Part shown: positions 11,716 through 24,895 of the stretch, piece after piece
Layout of the letters: each line of letters opens with the position of its first letter
Numbering within the stretch: the stretch's first letter is position 1
Made by a program: the position numbers and the translations under genes
Assembly (NCBI RefSeq): GCF_004010195.1
Contig: NC_057718.1
Span: 9,538,655 to 9,586,831 of the forward strand
Source: Chiloscyllium plagiosum
Lineage: Eukaryota
Reading direction: 5' to 3'
DNA length: 48,177 nucleotides
Notes under the pieces: generated by a model
What the model was told of the DNA's origin: nothing
Seen by the model: the letters and a program-made list of their open reading frames with translations, nothing else
Databases searched by the model: none

Positions 11716-14700
11716 ATTGAGGGAAGGAAATCCATCATCCTTACCTTGCCTAGTCTATGTAGGAGTCCGGAACCACAACAATGGTGGTTGATTCTTAACC
11801 TCCCTCTGGGCAATTAGGAACAGACAATAACTGTTGGGCTGAATAGCGACACCCACATCCCATTTGCGAATAAAATTAAGACAGAGGATGGTGAAACTTT
11901 GGTACTCTCTGCCCCAGATGGCAATGGGAGCTGTCATCAGTATGTCTGTGAGTGACAGATACATTTCCAGATAATAAATTATATGAAGGGACAAGGAGGG
12001 AGATGACTTTACATGCTTTAGAATGGCGGAGCCGGCTCCAGAGATGAAGGCCCATTTTTGTACCTAAGCTCCTCGTCAAACTCTGCTAGGTATTAACCCT
12101 TTCAGAGTCTTAGGCTAGACAAGCCGTCCCCAAAGGTAGCGGTCATCTGGACAGCCAACAGCGTACCAAATCTGAGAATTTCTAGCTGGTGCTCCCAGTG
12201 TCTGAGCCACACCCAGGTTGGTAGCAGCACTTCAGTAAGGATCAGGAACATCTTGCAGTAAAGGAAGACACTGTAATGTCACAGGACTAGTAACACAGAG
12301 TTCCAGGTTCAAATCCCACCACGGCACTGAGGGAATTTAAAATCAACTAACACATTTGGAAGCAATGACTGATTTCAGTGATAGTGACCAAGAAACTAAC
12401 CTCGATGGTGATGAAGTCCCATCTAGTTCATTGATGGGAGGAAGTCTGCTGCTCTTACCCAGTTTAGCCTACATGTGACTCTATACCCACACCATACGGG
12501 CTCACTCTTAACTGTCCTCTGAAATGGCCAGGCAATTAAGGATGGGCAACAAATGATGCCCACCTCCTATGAACAAATAAATTAGAAGTAGGATTTTAAA
12601 GGTCTGGATAGCAGTATAAGTTAATATTTAACTGGATGAGACAGCACTGGGATTAACCGCAAACCAACCATTCACTAAACTCCCCATGCCCCGCCAATGA
12701 CAATGTAAAACCCTACAATCCTGTGATTATCCCTTGTCTCAAGAGCTGATGTGTAGGTTATATTTAAACACTTGCTCAACATCAAATGAAAGTGGCACTG
12801 TGTCAACATCAAACAGTATCTGGTGCCCAACATAATTCCAATCCTGAATACGCTGCCTGAAATGGTGGTGGAAGCTGTTTCAAGGCTAACATTTGAAAGG
12901 AAATCAAATACATGTGGAGAAGGGGGTGGGGAGGGGGAATGCAAGGATTTGGAGGAAGCCTATGATGTGAGGTGGGAGAATGTGTAAAATTCACCGGATC
13001 GCATTTCCAAAGAGCTAGAATCACCAGAGTGGGTCGAATGGCCATTTATGTGCTGTGTAAGGATATTCTAGCTATGGAGGAAGTGCAAAAAAGATTTATC
13101 AGAGTGATTCATGGGATGGCAGGACTAATAAATGAAGAGGGGCTGAATCAGTCAGGACTATATTCACTGGGGAGTAAGGGAAATCACACAGAAACCACTA
13201 ACAGGATCAGATAAGGGAGTCCAGAACCAGGGGCCACAGTGTAAAGATATGGGGTAGGCCATTTTTAAAAACAAAAATCATTTGTGAAATGTAGGAGTCG
13301 CTGGCTGGCCAGCTTTATTGCCCATCATTGGTTGGGGCTTTGTAGTGATTGGTACAACTGATTGACTTGCTACACCATTTCAGAGGGAAATTGAGAGTCA
13401 ACCACATTGTTGGTTGTGTTTAGGCCAGACCAGGTGACGAATGCAGATTTCCTTCCCTGAAGGAGATTGGTGAACCAGATGGGGTTTTCCTGACAATTGG
13501 CAATGGATTCATGGTCATCAGTAGATTCTTAATTCCAGATTTTTTTTTAAAATTGAATTCAAAGTCCACCATCTAGATTGGCAAGATTCGAAACCAGGTA
13601 CCCAGAACATTAGTTGAGTTTCTGGATTAATAATCTAGTGATAACACCACTAAGCCATCACTTCCTCTTTGTCCTTGAGGGCCAAGGAGAAATGTCTTCA
13701 CTCAGAGTGTTGAGCCTGTGGAATTCTCTACCACAGGAAGTGATTCAGGCAAAAATATTGGTTGCTTTTAAGGAGTTAGATATAGTGCTTAGGGCTAAGG
13801 GTGTGGGAAAAAAGCATGAGCCAGGTACTGAGTTGGAGGGACAGCTATGACCATACTAACTGGCAGAGCAGGCTCAATGGGCCGAATGGCCTACTTCTAC
13901 TTTCTAGGTTGCTTGATAATTCTGTAACAGGCCGGTGAAACCTCTCCAAAGCAAGAGCATTTGTCCTGGTGGCAAACCAAACAAAGCCTGTGGCATTTGG
14001 GGTTAAGTGACCCTTCCCTCATGGGAAAGGTGGATGGTCCATGCCAAGCTCAGCATTAACCAGCTGCTAGGGCTACAGATTCATGGGATACCATGCCCAA
14101 TAATGGTCCATGGCACAGCTCTGCATAAACTGACAATGCATAGCAGAAGGATTTAAACATAAGCGTTGGGTCATTGAAGAAAATGGAAGGGTGGCACTGA
14201 ATGGGTTATCGTTTCACCTCCAGGGCCAACACAATTCACTCAAGATCGATGACCTCACTGTTCATTCACTCCCCGAACCAATCACAGGAGGGTTACCCCA
14301 TTATGCAGGCACAGAGCACAAAAGCAAGGAGAGATTATCATGAACCTTTACAATAACGCGTTGCCTCAGCTCCAAATGGATCACAACTCTTGTTAGCACA
14401 TGGGAAGGAGTAGAGATGGTCCAGAAACAGTGAATAAGGATGGTCATGGGGCAAAGGTCTTCAATAGTTCCCAAGGTTGTTCTCCTTAGAGAAGGTTAGA
14501 ATGAGTTGATAGATGAACAGAGGAGACAAGAGAGAAACTCTTGCCATTGATAGAAACAACAAGAGTCTGAGCGTGCCAGCTCATGATGAATCACAGAATG
14601 GCCCAAGGAGGCCATTCAGCCCATCATGCCTGTGTCTGTGAATGGCAAAACCACAAAAAGGCGACATGAGAAAGCACTATCCTTTTAAAGGCAGTAAACG

Positions 14701-17700
14701 ATTCAATGGGGGAATGCGCTGCCTGAAGAAAGATCCAAAGCTGGTTTTCAAGACTGTACCAGATAATTGTCTGAAGAGGAAAGAAATCTGCAGGCTACAA
14801 GGAAAGGGCAGAGAGAGGGATTGCAGGGACGGGCAGCCAGCACACGATGGGCCGAATGACCTCCTCCTACGCTTGAAATGTTTTATGATCCAGTGAAAAG
14901 GGGATTCCGGTCAATAAGATAATATGAAAACTCTCATTAATCACTCTCTGAAACAGCTATCCTATGAGCCCTGCTCCGCTCCACCCTTTCCCCACAGCTT
15001 TGCAGATCCTTTTTATACAATTCCTTTGTCAGAGTGGTCATTGGATCTGCTTCCATTGCCGACTCTGGGAGCACAACCCAACAATTCACTGCATCAAAAA
15101 TAAAGATGCATCTCCTCTCTGGGTTCTTCAACCTGTATCCGCCAGTTACAGACCCCCCCCCCCCCCCCCCCCCCGCCAGTTTCATCTTACATCCCGTCAC
15201 GATTTTGATCGTCTACAACAGTTTCTTGGTGAGGCACAGGCAACAGGTTTCTGTTCAAGTTCAACAGCTCCAGCATCAACGAATAACAAAGCAAGACTTG
15301 TATCAATGTCTGTCTGGTTGGTTCTCTCTGAAAGGCATTAACACTCAGCACTACAGAACAGTCTTACCTCTTCTTCCCACTCAATACCACTCCCATCCCA
15401 CTCACCATTCTCAACGGAACTTCACTCAAGTCAACATTATCCATACACAATCCTCACAGGAAAGATGAACAGATACTCAATGGAATGGGGATACACAGCC
15501 ACACATTCTAGCTAAGATCGAAGTGTGCACTGTCGGATGGTGAAGTTTGGAGGACTGAAGCCTCTGACCCTGTCTTTAATCCAAGGAGCATAGACTAATT
15601 TGTAGTAACCCCATCCCCTCCAGGACCACCAGGACTGAAAGCTTGAACGCCCCCAAAATACCAGTGACAGTCCCCAAGGTCTCCAGGTCAGTAGGATTCT
15701 GGTATTCATTGCCATTCCCATGTGATATACCAGAGAGGAGGTCTCTGATAATGGCATGTCTCAAAGGACACTGTAATTAAGAAGCGGGGGCAACACAGCA
15801 TTGTCAAGCTGTCGCGCCCATAATGATGGTTTGAATAACAATCCACCATTCTCATCCCTCCCCCTCCAGGATTCCATAAAATATCCATTCACCATTACTT
15901 TCTGCTTCTTATTAAACACTTTCTTTTTTTAAACATAGTCTAGAGCAAGATGGTGTCATGTTCCAGCTAGAGTTTAAACTGGGTGCAGATAGCTAAGAGA
16001 AACAACATCGAATCACTTAAAGAACTGAGGGAGTGCTGAGTGAGAGTGAGCGAGAGGACAGTCTGACAAAGATTACACACCACAATATGCTTATCTGGCA
16101 TTTTACAGGTTCCTAAATAACTCAGAGCTCTATGCATACACAACATTTTGTCTGCTTTTTTTTTTAACTGTGTGGGTTGGTATCTAATCATGGTTTTATG
16201 GTTAATTGATGCTTCATGACACAGGAGCAAGGTATCCACAGGCAACCCTGAGAGAAAGAGAGAGAGTCAACATCCAGAGGTAACCCTGAGACAGAGACAG
16301 AGAAAGACAGACAGAGAGAGAGAGACAGAGAGAGAGAGAGACAGAAAGAGAGAGTCAACATCCAGAGGTAACCCCGAGACAGTGTGTGTCAACATCCTCA
16401 GGTAATCCCCCGTGACAGCGTCAATATTCAAAGATATGGCCCGGCAGTGGATCAATATCCATAGGTAATCTCCCGGGAGAGTATCAAATATTCAAGGGGT
16501 TCCAAGGAAGCTATCATATTCACCACAGGAGGAATTTTACGATTCTAAATACACTGTCAGTTCTGTGCACAAAATCATGTCACCACAATACCAGAAACAC
16601 ACCTTGCTTGAACTCTGCAGCAGAACAGTCGCCTATCAGAACACCCCACCCCCTCCCCCTTCCGAAGCTCATGGCAGGGCTTTGATTAAATGCCTGGAGA
16701 AAGTGGACTATTCCAGTGACAGCTGCCAAATGTAGAGAATCAGTCAGGCGGTAAGGAACCCCTGCTGCAGCCAGACATTAGGACGCGGGGCTGAGAGCTC
16801 CCGGGTCCTCCAGCCCCAGAATGGAGCGGAATTAATTCTCAAGTGCGGTGGCCTGCAAGACCTCTTCCAGCTCAACACTCCCCGCCCATGGCCAACAGTG
16901 CAAGGCAAGTGTATCAAACGCCACTGGGGACTTCTCCTGGAATAGGCAACGCAGATGGATCCAGCGATCTGCACACAAAGGAGTAAGGAAATAAACTCTT
17001 CCAGCCCAGCAACACGCATCGCCCGAAGACATCGGTGCTCCTTCAAATCTCGACACCTGTCTATCCCCAATTTCCATCGCTCCACTGTTGACAATTGCAC
17101 ATTCAGCTAAGTCTGTCTTATGTCGTGGAACTTCCTCACTTAAAATATCCTTTCTCTCCCTCTCCTCTAAGGAAATTCTGTTTGAGAATCTGCACTCATC
17201 TCTTCTTTTGAGGTTCAGTGTCAAATGTTGTATTCGAACACTCCTGCACTGAGCCTTTGGGATATTTGACTGTACTGACGGTGCTATATGAATGCAGATC
17301 AATCATCATTAGTAAGAATCAGAGTTCACCAATGAACACCTCCCATTCATTCCGCCCAGACAGTATGAAACATATTACACTGGTGGAAACAAGCAATGCT
17401 TTTCAGTTCAAAAGATGCTGTTTAATCCCTACCAAGCCGCTTTGTCCATCAGTCACTTTCTGCGCTCTGCTGTCATAGAATCATAGCACCCCTGCAGTAC
17501 AGAAGAGGCCATTCAACCCACTGAGTCCACACCGACCTTCCAAAAAGTATCCCACCCAGACCAGAAATCCGCCAACCTCATATCTCTGTAACTCCACACT
17601 TACCACAGCTAGCCCTACACATCACTGGACATTATGGCAATTTACTATGGCTAATCCATCTAGCCTGCACATCCCTGGACGCTATGGGGCAATTTAGCAT

Positions 17701-17749
17701 GGCCAACCCACCTTACCTGTACAGTAGTGCTAACCACTGTGCCACCGTG

Positions 17750-18068
17750 GGCGGCACGGTGGCACAGTGGTTAGCACTACTGCCTCACAGCGTCAGAGAC
17801 CCGGGTTCAATTCCCGCCTCAGGCGACTGACTGTGTGGAGTTTGCACGTTCTCCCCGTGTCTGCGTGGGTTTCCTCCGGGTGCTCCGGTTTCCTCCCACA
17901 GTCACAAAGATGTGCAGGGTCAGGTGAATTGGCCATGCTAAATTGCCCGTAGAGTTAGGTAAGGGGTAAATGTAGGGGTATGGGTGGGTTTCGCTTCGGC
18001 GGGTCGGGGTGGACTTGTTGGGCCGAAGGGCCTGTTTCCACACTGTAATCTAATCTAATCTAATCTAA
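17750..18068 (+). mobile_element. Near-intact HE1-type V-SINE with (taatc)n tail, flanked by inverted SINE pieces
   Basis: A/B boxes, V-domain and retained CpGs. Inverted partial copies at about 17480-17749 and 18070-18220. Confidence 0.92.
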
Positions 18069-19729
18069 TCTTCGGACTGGGGGAGGAAACCGGAGCACCC
18101 AGCGGAAACCCCCACAGACACGGGGAGAATGAGCAAAGTCCACACAGATAGTTGCCCGAGGTTAGAATCAAACCCAGGTCCCTGACGCTGTGAGGCAGCA
18201 GTGCTAACCACTGGGCCACCATGCACACAACACTGATACAGAATGTCAATAAGTGACTTCAACACAATATACACTGTGTTACTCACTGGCTAAATGGAAA
18301 ACAAAATCAGGATATGGTACACATTACAAATGGCCAGGTAACCAGCTGCAGTGTGCTGCTGATGTCTGAGAGTGATACCTAGCTGTCAATCCCTTAAGGA
18401 GAATGGCCTCCAGGCAGAGTTGCATATACTGCTCATTCCTCACTGCCCAGGGCAAGTGGTGGAGAATTCAACAAACAGATTGACTGCCTTGATGACTTCA
18501 GAGGATCATTAACACGACACAGAGTGTAAGAGCAGGGAGGTGATACTGGAACTCAATAAAACATTGGTTAGTCCACAGCTAGAGTACTGTTTGCAGTCCT
18601 GGAATCCATGTTATAGGAGGGATGTGATGGCACTGGAGAGGGTGCGGAGGAGATTTACCAGGATGCTGCCTAGGCTGGAAGGTTTCAGTTACGGAGTGAG
18701 GGCAGCCAAAGAACTGCCGATGTTGGAGAGCTGAAGCCAAAACAGAAATTGCTGGAGAAACTCATTAGGTCTGGCAGGACCCGAGAGAAGAAAACAGTGA
18801 AAGTTTAGAGTATAGTGACTCTTCACAAGAACTATACAAGGCTATAGGCCAAATGTTGGAAAATGGGATTACAATAATTAGCTGGTTGTTTTTGACCAGT
18901 AAGGATATAATGGGCCGAAGGGCCGTTTTCTTTGCTATAGATCTCTATGACTCTAATGTCAGAAATCCGAGCTGGACCAAACCATTTGAACCCTCATCTT
19001 GGCTCGGTTGGTGATAATAATAATGGCTGCTCTTCCATATTGGTAACACATTCCTGTTCTGTCTCCCAGACCCATTAAAGCACAAAACTTTCAGCCAACC
19101 TCCCTTGTGGTTATATTCAGTGACTGAACCTCTACAACTGTTTAGAGGCAGAGTGTTCCAAAGGTGTTCCGAATGCCTCTGTCAGGGAGAATTCCTCTTC
19201 AATTCAGAACTGATCAGGCAAATCTTCATTCTGACACTGTGGTCAGGATCCTACTAAAAGCCAAATGTTCTTGAACTGCAGCCACGCTTTAGCAGACTGG
19301 TGCAAACACCAGGTTTCATTCAGATTTTATGACAATCAACCATTCCCCAGACGTTTTGAGGCCAGCTTTTGTTCATTTCTGAAAAAGTGAAATCATGGTT
19401 CCGCCGGGGGGAGGAATTTGAAGAGTTAATCATTAAATTATTAATCCCCAAACTTAACCATGTCAACTCGGATTTACTTATAATCAGTTTCAGTAAGAAT
19501 GAGGAAGTTGGAGCAGTGAATGCTGTGGGGAAGTGGAGTTAAACACTACAGTTTCATTGCAACAGTGCAGTGACTTCTCCGTCCTTTCAACTGTATTGGC
19601 TTCTGGTCCAGCAATGCCTCAAATTTAAAGATTTCCTCCTGGTTTTCGCATCCTTCCATGGCCTCAACCTCTCCCTGGCTGTGTAATCTGTTCCAGCTTG
19701 AGATCTCTTCATTTCCTCCAATTTTTTTT

Positions 19730-20039
19730 GATTAGACTAGATTCCCTACAGTATGGAAACAGGCCCTTCGGCCCAACAAGTCCACACCGACCCTCCAAAG
19801 TGTAACCCACCCAGACCCATTCCTCTACCCTGTATTTACCCCTGACTCATGCACCTAACACTGTGGGCAATTTAGCATGGCCAATTCACCTGACCTGCAC
19901 ATCTACGGACTGTGGGAGAAAACTGGAGAACCCAGAGGAAATCCACGCAGACATGAGGAGAATGTGCAAACTCCACACAGACAGTCACCCAAGGCGGGAA
20001 TCGAACCTGGGTGCTAACCATTGAGCCACCGTGCCACCC
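19730..20039 (-). mobile_element. HE1-type V-SINE
   Basis: V-domain and tail on the minus strand. Confidence 0.88.
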
Positions 20040-20159
20040 ATTCTGGTCTCTAGAACGACCCAAATTTAAGGCTTGAGCCCTAAGCTCTCAAACAGTTCTG
20101 GAATACAGTCCCCTTCTTTACCCCCTTTAAAATGCATGAAATCGCCCTCTTTGACCATA

Positions 20160-20450
20160 GGGGAGTCTGAAACTAGAGGGCATGGGTTTAGAGTGAGAGG
20201 GGAAAGATTTAAAAGGGACCTGAGTGGCAACCTTTCCATACAGAGGGTGGTGCGTGTATGGAATGAGCTGCCAGAGGAAGTGGTGGAGGCTGGTATACTA
20301 ACAACACTTAAAAAGGTATTTGGATGGGTAAAGTAATAGGAAGGGTTTAGAGGGATATGGGCCAAACACTGGGAAATGGGACTGGATTAATTTAGGTTAT
20401 CTGGTCGGTATGGATGAGTTGGACCGAGGGGTCTGTTTCTGTGCTCTCTG
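20160..20450 (+). mobile_element. CR1 LINE 3' fragment
   Basis: GESETRGHGFRVRGERFKRDL...RVVRVWNELPEE. Confidence 0.85.
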
Positions 20451-20479
20451 ACTCGGTTTGTCTGAATATTTGTCCTATA

Positions 20480-21130
20480 ACTCAATTCATACAACATGAC
20501 ATCAAGAAATGGCCAAAAACACTGGACACCACAAATGTTATGGATCCTGACATCAGCCCAGCAATAGTAGTGAATACTTGTGCTCCAGAATTATGTGCAG
20601 CCTTAGCCAAGTTGTTCCGGTATAGCTACACGTCTGTACCCCTTCTCTGTATACAAGTCTCCCTGTTTCATGCCAACTGTCCAAATACAGTAACTACAAG
20701 AGCAGAAGCTGGGAATACTGCAACAAATATCTCACTTCCTGACTCCCCAAAGCCTGTCCACCATCTAGGAGGCAAAGGTCATGAATATGATGGAATATTC
20801 CCCACTTGCCTGGATGGGTGCAGCCCCAACAACACTCAAGTTCGATTCCATTCAGGACAAAGCAGCCCGCTTGATTGACACCACATCCACAAGCATCTCC
20901 CCACCACCGGCACTCAGTAGCAGAACTGTGTACTATCTACAAGGAGCATGGGGAAATTCACCAAGGGTCCTCAGACTGCACCTTCCAAACTCACAACCAC
21001 TTCCATCCAGAAGGATAAGGGCAGCAGATACCTGGGAACACCACCGTCAGCAAATTCCCAGCTGAGCCACTCACTGTCCTGACTTGGAAATATACTACAA
21101 TTTCTTCACTTTCACGGTGTCAAAATCCTG
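20480..21130 (+). mobile_element. Internally deleted CR1/L2-superfamily LINE fragment
   Basis: PDISPAIVVNTCAPEL..LAKLF and MEYSPLAWMGAAPTTL..DSIQDKAARLI are RT-flanking motifs. Confidence 0.7.
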
Positions 21131-21826
21131 GTTCCCTAATGAAGGGCTTTTGCCCGAAATGTCGACTCTGCTGCTCCTCAGATGCTGCCTGACCTGCTGT
21201 GCTTTTCCAGCGACACACACTCTCGACTCTGATCTCCAGCATCTGCAGTCCTCTTTGCCTGGAAATCCCCCCGCCTCATGAGGACCATGAGTGACCATAT
21301 ATGATTAGGACAGGTTTGGAGGGATATGGGCCAGGTGCGGCAGGTGGGGCTAAATGGGATTGGGATATCTGGGTTGGCATGGACAGGTTGGACCGAAGGG
21401 TCTGTTTCCATGCTGTACATCTCTATGACTCTATGACTACAACAGTACAAGGAGGCAGCTCAACACCACCTCCTGTAGGCAATTAGGGATGGGGCAGTAA
21501 TACCCAAACTCCATGAATGAAGAAAAAAATCACTTTGTGTGGCTCAATGTTATATTTTGCTTAAGGTGATTGTGGGAAACACTTTGGGACATTTTATTGT
21601 ATTAAAAGATGCTAAATCAACAGAAGCTGTTGAACACACAAAACACAAAACTGCAGATGGTGGAAATCGCAGACCAAAAAATAAAGCAGAAATTGCCAGA
21701 GGAACTCAGCAAGTCTGGCAACATCAGAGAAAGCAGAGCTAACGTTTCGGGTCCAGTGACCCTTCTTCAGAGTCTGGAACATTAACTGATCAGATCATCT
21801 CAACTCTCGTGATAAAGCAGCTCCAT

Positions 21827-22097
21827 AGGGGCGGCACAGTGGCTCAGTGGTTCGCACTGCTGCCTCACAGCACCAGGATCCCAGGTTCGATTCCAGCCTC
21901 GGGTGACTGTCTGTGTGGAGTTTGCACATTCTCCCCGCGTCTGGGTATTCCAGTTTCCTCCCACAGTCACAAAGATGTGCACGTCAGGTTAATTGGACAG
22001 AGGGAAATTGGTCTGGGTGGGTTACTCTTCGGAGGGTCAGTGAGGACTTGTTGGGCCAAAGGGCCTGTTTCCACACTGTAGGAAATCTAATCTAATC
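21827..22097 (+). mobile_element. HE1-type V-SINE
   Basis: A/B boxes, V-domain and taatc tail. Confidence 0.88.
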
Positions 22098-22204
22098 ATA
22101 ATCACATCATTCTTGTTTTTGGGGACGGCATGGAGGACTGGAGAGAGGGAGAGAGAGGTTTCGACAAGGAGCAATCATGTGTTAGAGACTCATCACAACA
22201 GAGA

Positions 22205-22500
22205 GATGATGGCTCAGTGGCATTATCACTGGACTGTTAACCTAGAGAACCAGGTAATGCTGTGGCAACTGGGTTCAAATCCTGCAATGGCACGTGGTGG
22301 TATTTGAATTCAATAAAAATCTGGAGTTGACGAATCTGTTGCTGACTGTCAGAAAATCCCGTTTGGTTCACTAATGCCCATTAGGGAAGGAAACTGCCAT
22401 CCTTACCTGGACTGGCCTATGTGCCACTCCACAGCCAATGTAGTTGACTCTTAAATGCCCTTTGGATAAATAAAATTGAGTAATAAATGTTAGTCTATCC
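22205..22500 (+). mobile_element. Second, older tRNA-derived SINE family
   Basis: A box TGGCTCAGTGG and B box GGTTCAAATCC. The body ggttcactaatg..agggaaggaaa.tgcc.tccttacc recurs at about 3440-3850, 10975-11875, 12270-12580, 13280-13660, 33365-33870 and 40250-40580. Family name not assigned. Confidence 0.75.
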
Positions 22501-22544
22501 CATTAATTAATTTTTTTAAAAGTGTAAGTCAGAGATAATTTAGC

Positions 22545-22955
22545 GAGTTTTGAGAAGATTTGTAGTTCAAGTTGAGGTTCTGGATGTAGGTTTGCTCGCT
22601 GAGCTGGAAGGTTGGTTTTCAGACGTTTTGTCACCAAACTAGGTAACATCTTCAGTGAGCCTCCGAATGAAGCACCAGTGGTGTAGCCCGCTTTCTATTT
22701 ATGCATTTATCAACAAACACACTGACTTGGACCCATTTACCATCCCCTGAGAAAAAGTACAGGAAATGACATCAGAATAGGAAATGATGTCACCACAGGA
22801 AATGACACCACCAACCCAAGGAAACTTAAATATATAAATAGAAAATGGGCTACACCACCAGTGCTTCATTCGGAGGCTCACTGAAGATGTTACCTAGTAT
22901 GGTGACAAAACATCTGAAAGCAAACCTTCCAGCTCAGTGAGCAAACCTACATCCA
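22545..22955. mobile_element. Palindromic Penelope pLTR remnant (family C)
   Basis: Arms about 22579-22702 and 22833-22955 are inverted. Each has CTGAAGA-TGTTACC-loop-GGTGAC-(A)AAA, a hammerhead with a mutated GAAA. Confidence 0.8.
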
Positions 22956-23057
22956 GGACAGAGACAACTTCTTTGACACATGGAGTATTAACAATTATTG
23001 CTGGATTTCTTTTTGAAACATAACCCATTGAACAGGGACCAGGTCTGGATGTCCTGA

Positions 23058-23292
23058 AGGGGGAAAAGTGAGGACTGCAGATGCTGGAGATCAGAGTCGA
23101 GAGGGTAGTGCTGGAAAAGCACAACAGGTCAGGCAGCATCCGAGGAGCAGGAGAATCGATGTTTCTGGCATGATCTCTTTCAGAGCACAGGCAAGCCTCA
23201 TTCCTGATGAAGAGCTTATGCTCGAAATGTTGATTCTTCTGCTCCTCGGACGCTGCCTGACCAGCCATGCTTTTTCAGCGCAACACTCTCCG
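23058..23292. mobile_element. Palindromic Penelope pLTR-derived insertion (family A)
   Basis: Inverted arms with CTGATGAAGAGCTTATGCTCGAAA at about 23204. Confidence 0.8.
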
Positions 23293-23329
23293 TTCTGAAG
23301 AAGGGTCACTGGACCCTTCACTGCTTTTC

Positions 23330-23645
23330 TGATTAGATTAGATTCCCTACAGCGTGGAAACAGGCCCTTCGGTCCAAAAAGTCCACACCAGCCCTCCAAA
23401 GAGTAACCCACCCAGACCCATTTCCTTCTGAGTAATGCAACTAACACTATGAGCAATTTAGCTTGGCCAATTCACCTAACCTGCATATCTTTAGACTGTG
23501 GGAAGAAACCGGAGCACCCGGAGGAAACCCACGCAGACACAGGGAGAATGTGCAAACGCCACACAGACAGTAGCCAGAGGCTGGAATCAAACCTGGGACC
23601 CTGGTGCTGTGAGGCAGCAGTGCTAACCACTGAGCCACTGCGCCG
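23330..23645 (-). mobile_element. HE1-type V-SINE just downstream of the HECA exon 2 donor
   Basis: A/B boxes, V-domain and tail on the minus strand. Confidence 0.88.
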
Positions 23646-23749
23646 CTCTCCACAGATGCTGCCAGACCTGCTGAGTTTCTCTAGCAATTTCTGTGCTTGT
23701 TGCAATAGAAGGCTGTGCACAAAGGAAGCAGTGAACTGAACGGACCTAC

Positions 23750-24772
23750 CTTGGAGGTGACAAGGGACGTCATACTCAATCTCGTCATGTCTGGAAGGGC
23801 TGAGAAACAGAGTGCCGTCCACCAGTGGGAAGAGTTCAAAGACCGGCAGGACCTTGTGGCACAGCGCACAGTTCACCACGTTCCTCTGACTGGCGCTGAG
23901 CGCAGCCAGGATGAACTTCCTCAGCTCCTCACCCTGGCCAACCTGGGCATCGTCCTCCATGCGAACATGGTACGTGTTCATCTTGTGCTTGGGCACGTGG
24001 GTGAGCAGCTCAGAGAGGTCCAGGCGGCGCAGGAACTGCACCGGAGAGTCCAGGGCGCCCAGGCGGGGAGCCGCGGCACCCAACTCTGACTGGCTGTAAC
24101 GCCCGCCCCCGCTGGGCATCAGCTTGCGGCAGGGCTCCCCGTGAAGCGCCGTCTTGAGGAACTCGCCCAGGTGCCGGGAGCCACGGGGCCCGCCAGCGGA
24201 GAAGGAGAGGTAGGGGTGAGCCGGGGGCGGAGGGGACGGCTCAGGGGGGGAGCCGCACGGTGACCTGAAGTGCTCCTTGTGGCTGGGGGTCTGGACGCCA
24301 GCCGCCCCCTTCTCCTGAGAGTTCTGCCGATCGGTAGAGTGCCGCCGCTGGGCCTCGTGGGAGCGGGGCGCCCGGTTGAGCTTGCACTTCTTGCCCTCCT
24401 CGGGCAGCGGCTCGCCAGCCTTGGCGCCCACCTTCTTCTTCTTGTCGTCCTGCCTCCGCCGGGCCTGGTACCAGTCCACGTCCTTCTTCAAGTGGCCCTG
24501 GCCGCAGCGACAGGAGCAGAAGCGGAACGCCAGGTCGTAGCCCTTCTTGGTCCACATGTTCTGACGGCACTGCTTCTCGTTCCAGCTGCGGGCGCGGCCG
24601 ATGCAGTTGAACTGCACCAGGATGCTGCTCTCCCACTCGTAGAAGCACTGCAGGTGCATCCAGTTGCCAAACGGGCAGTGCTCGTTGTTGCAGACCACGC
24701 GCTGGTAATCGTCCTTCTCCAGCTCCACCGGCCTGCCAAAGCTGCACACCAGCGGCGAGGCGCACGAAGCCT
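23750..24772 (-). CDS. HECA: Headcase homolog, coding exon 2 (1023 bp)
   Basis: Acceptor gttgttccacag|AG GCT TCG TGC. Encodes CSFGRPVELEKDDYQRVVCNNEHC..WMHLQCFYEWESSILVQFNCIGRARSWNEKQCRQNMWTKKGYDLAFRFCSCRCGQGHLKKD and VQFLRRLDLSELL...FPLVDGTLFLSPSRHDEIEYDVPCHLQ. Donor CAA G|gtaggt. Phase 1-1. Confidence 0.97.
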
Positions 24773-24895
24773 CTGTGGAACAACAACAACAGGTGAGTAC
24801 TCATTACTGGATCCACAGCAGGGAATGTGGGGGATGCCCCATTATAGAACAACGCTCTATAACGGTACACGCATCAGGGTTCAAGAAGCTAAAGA

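Noticed and set aside
15153..15174. Poly-C run (and poly-G at about 4303-4315) as G-quadruplex signals
   Set aside because: Simple homopolymers with no further supporting context.
23472..23749. C-terminal extension of the 425-aa ORF beyond HECA exon 2
   Set aside because: It reads through the canonical donor at 23749 into PLE and HE1 SINE sequence. HECA homology resumes in exon 3.
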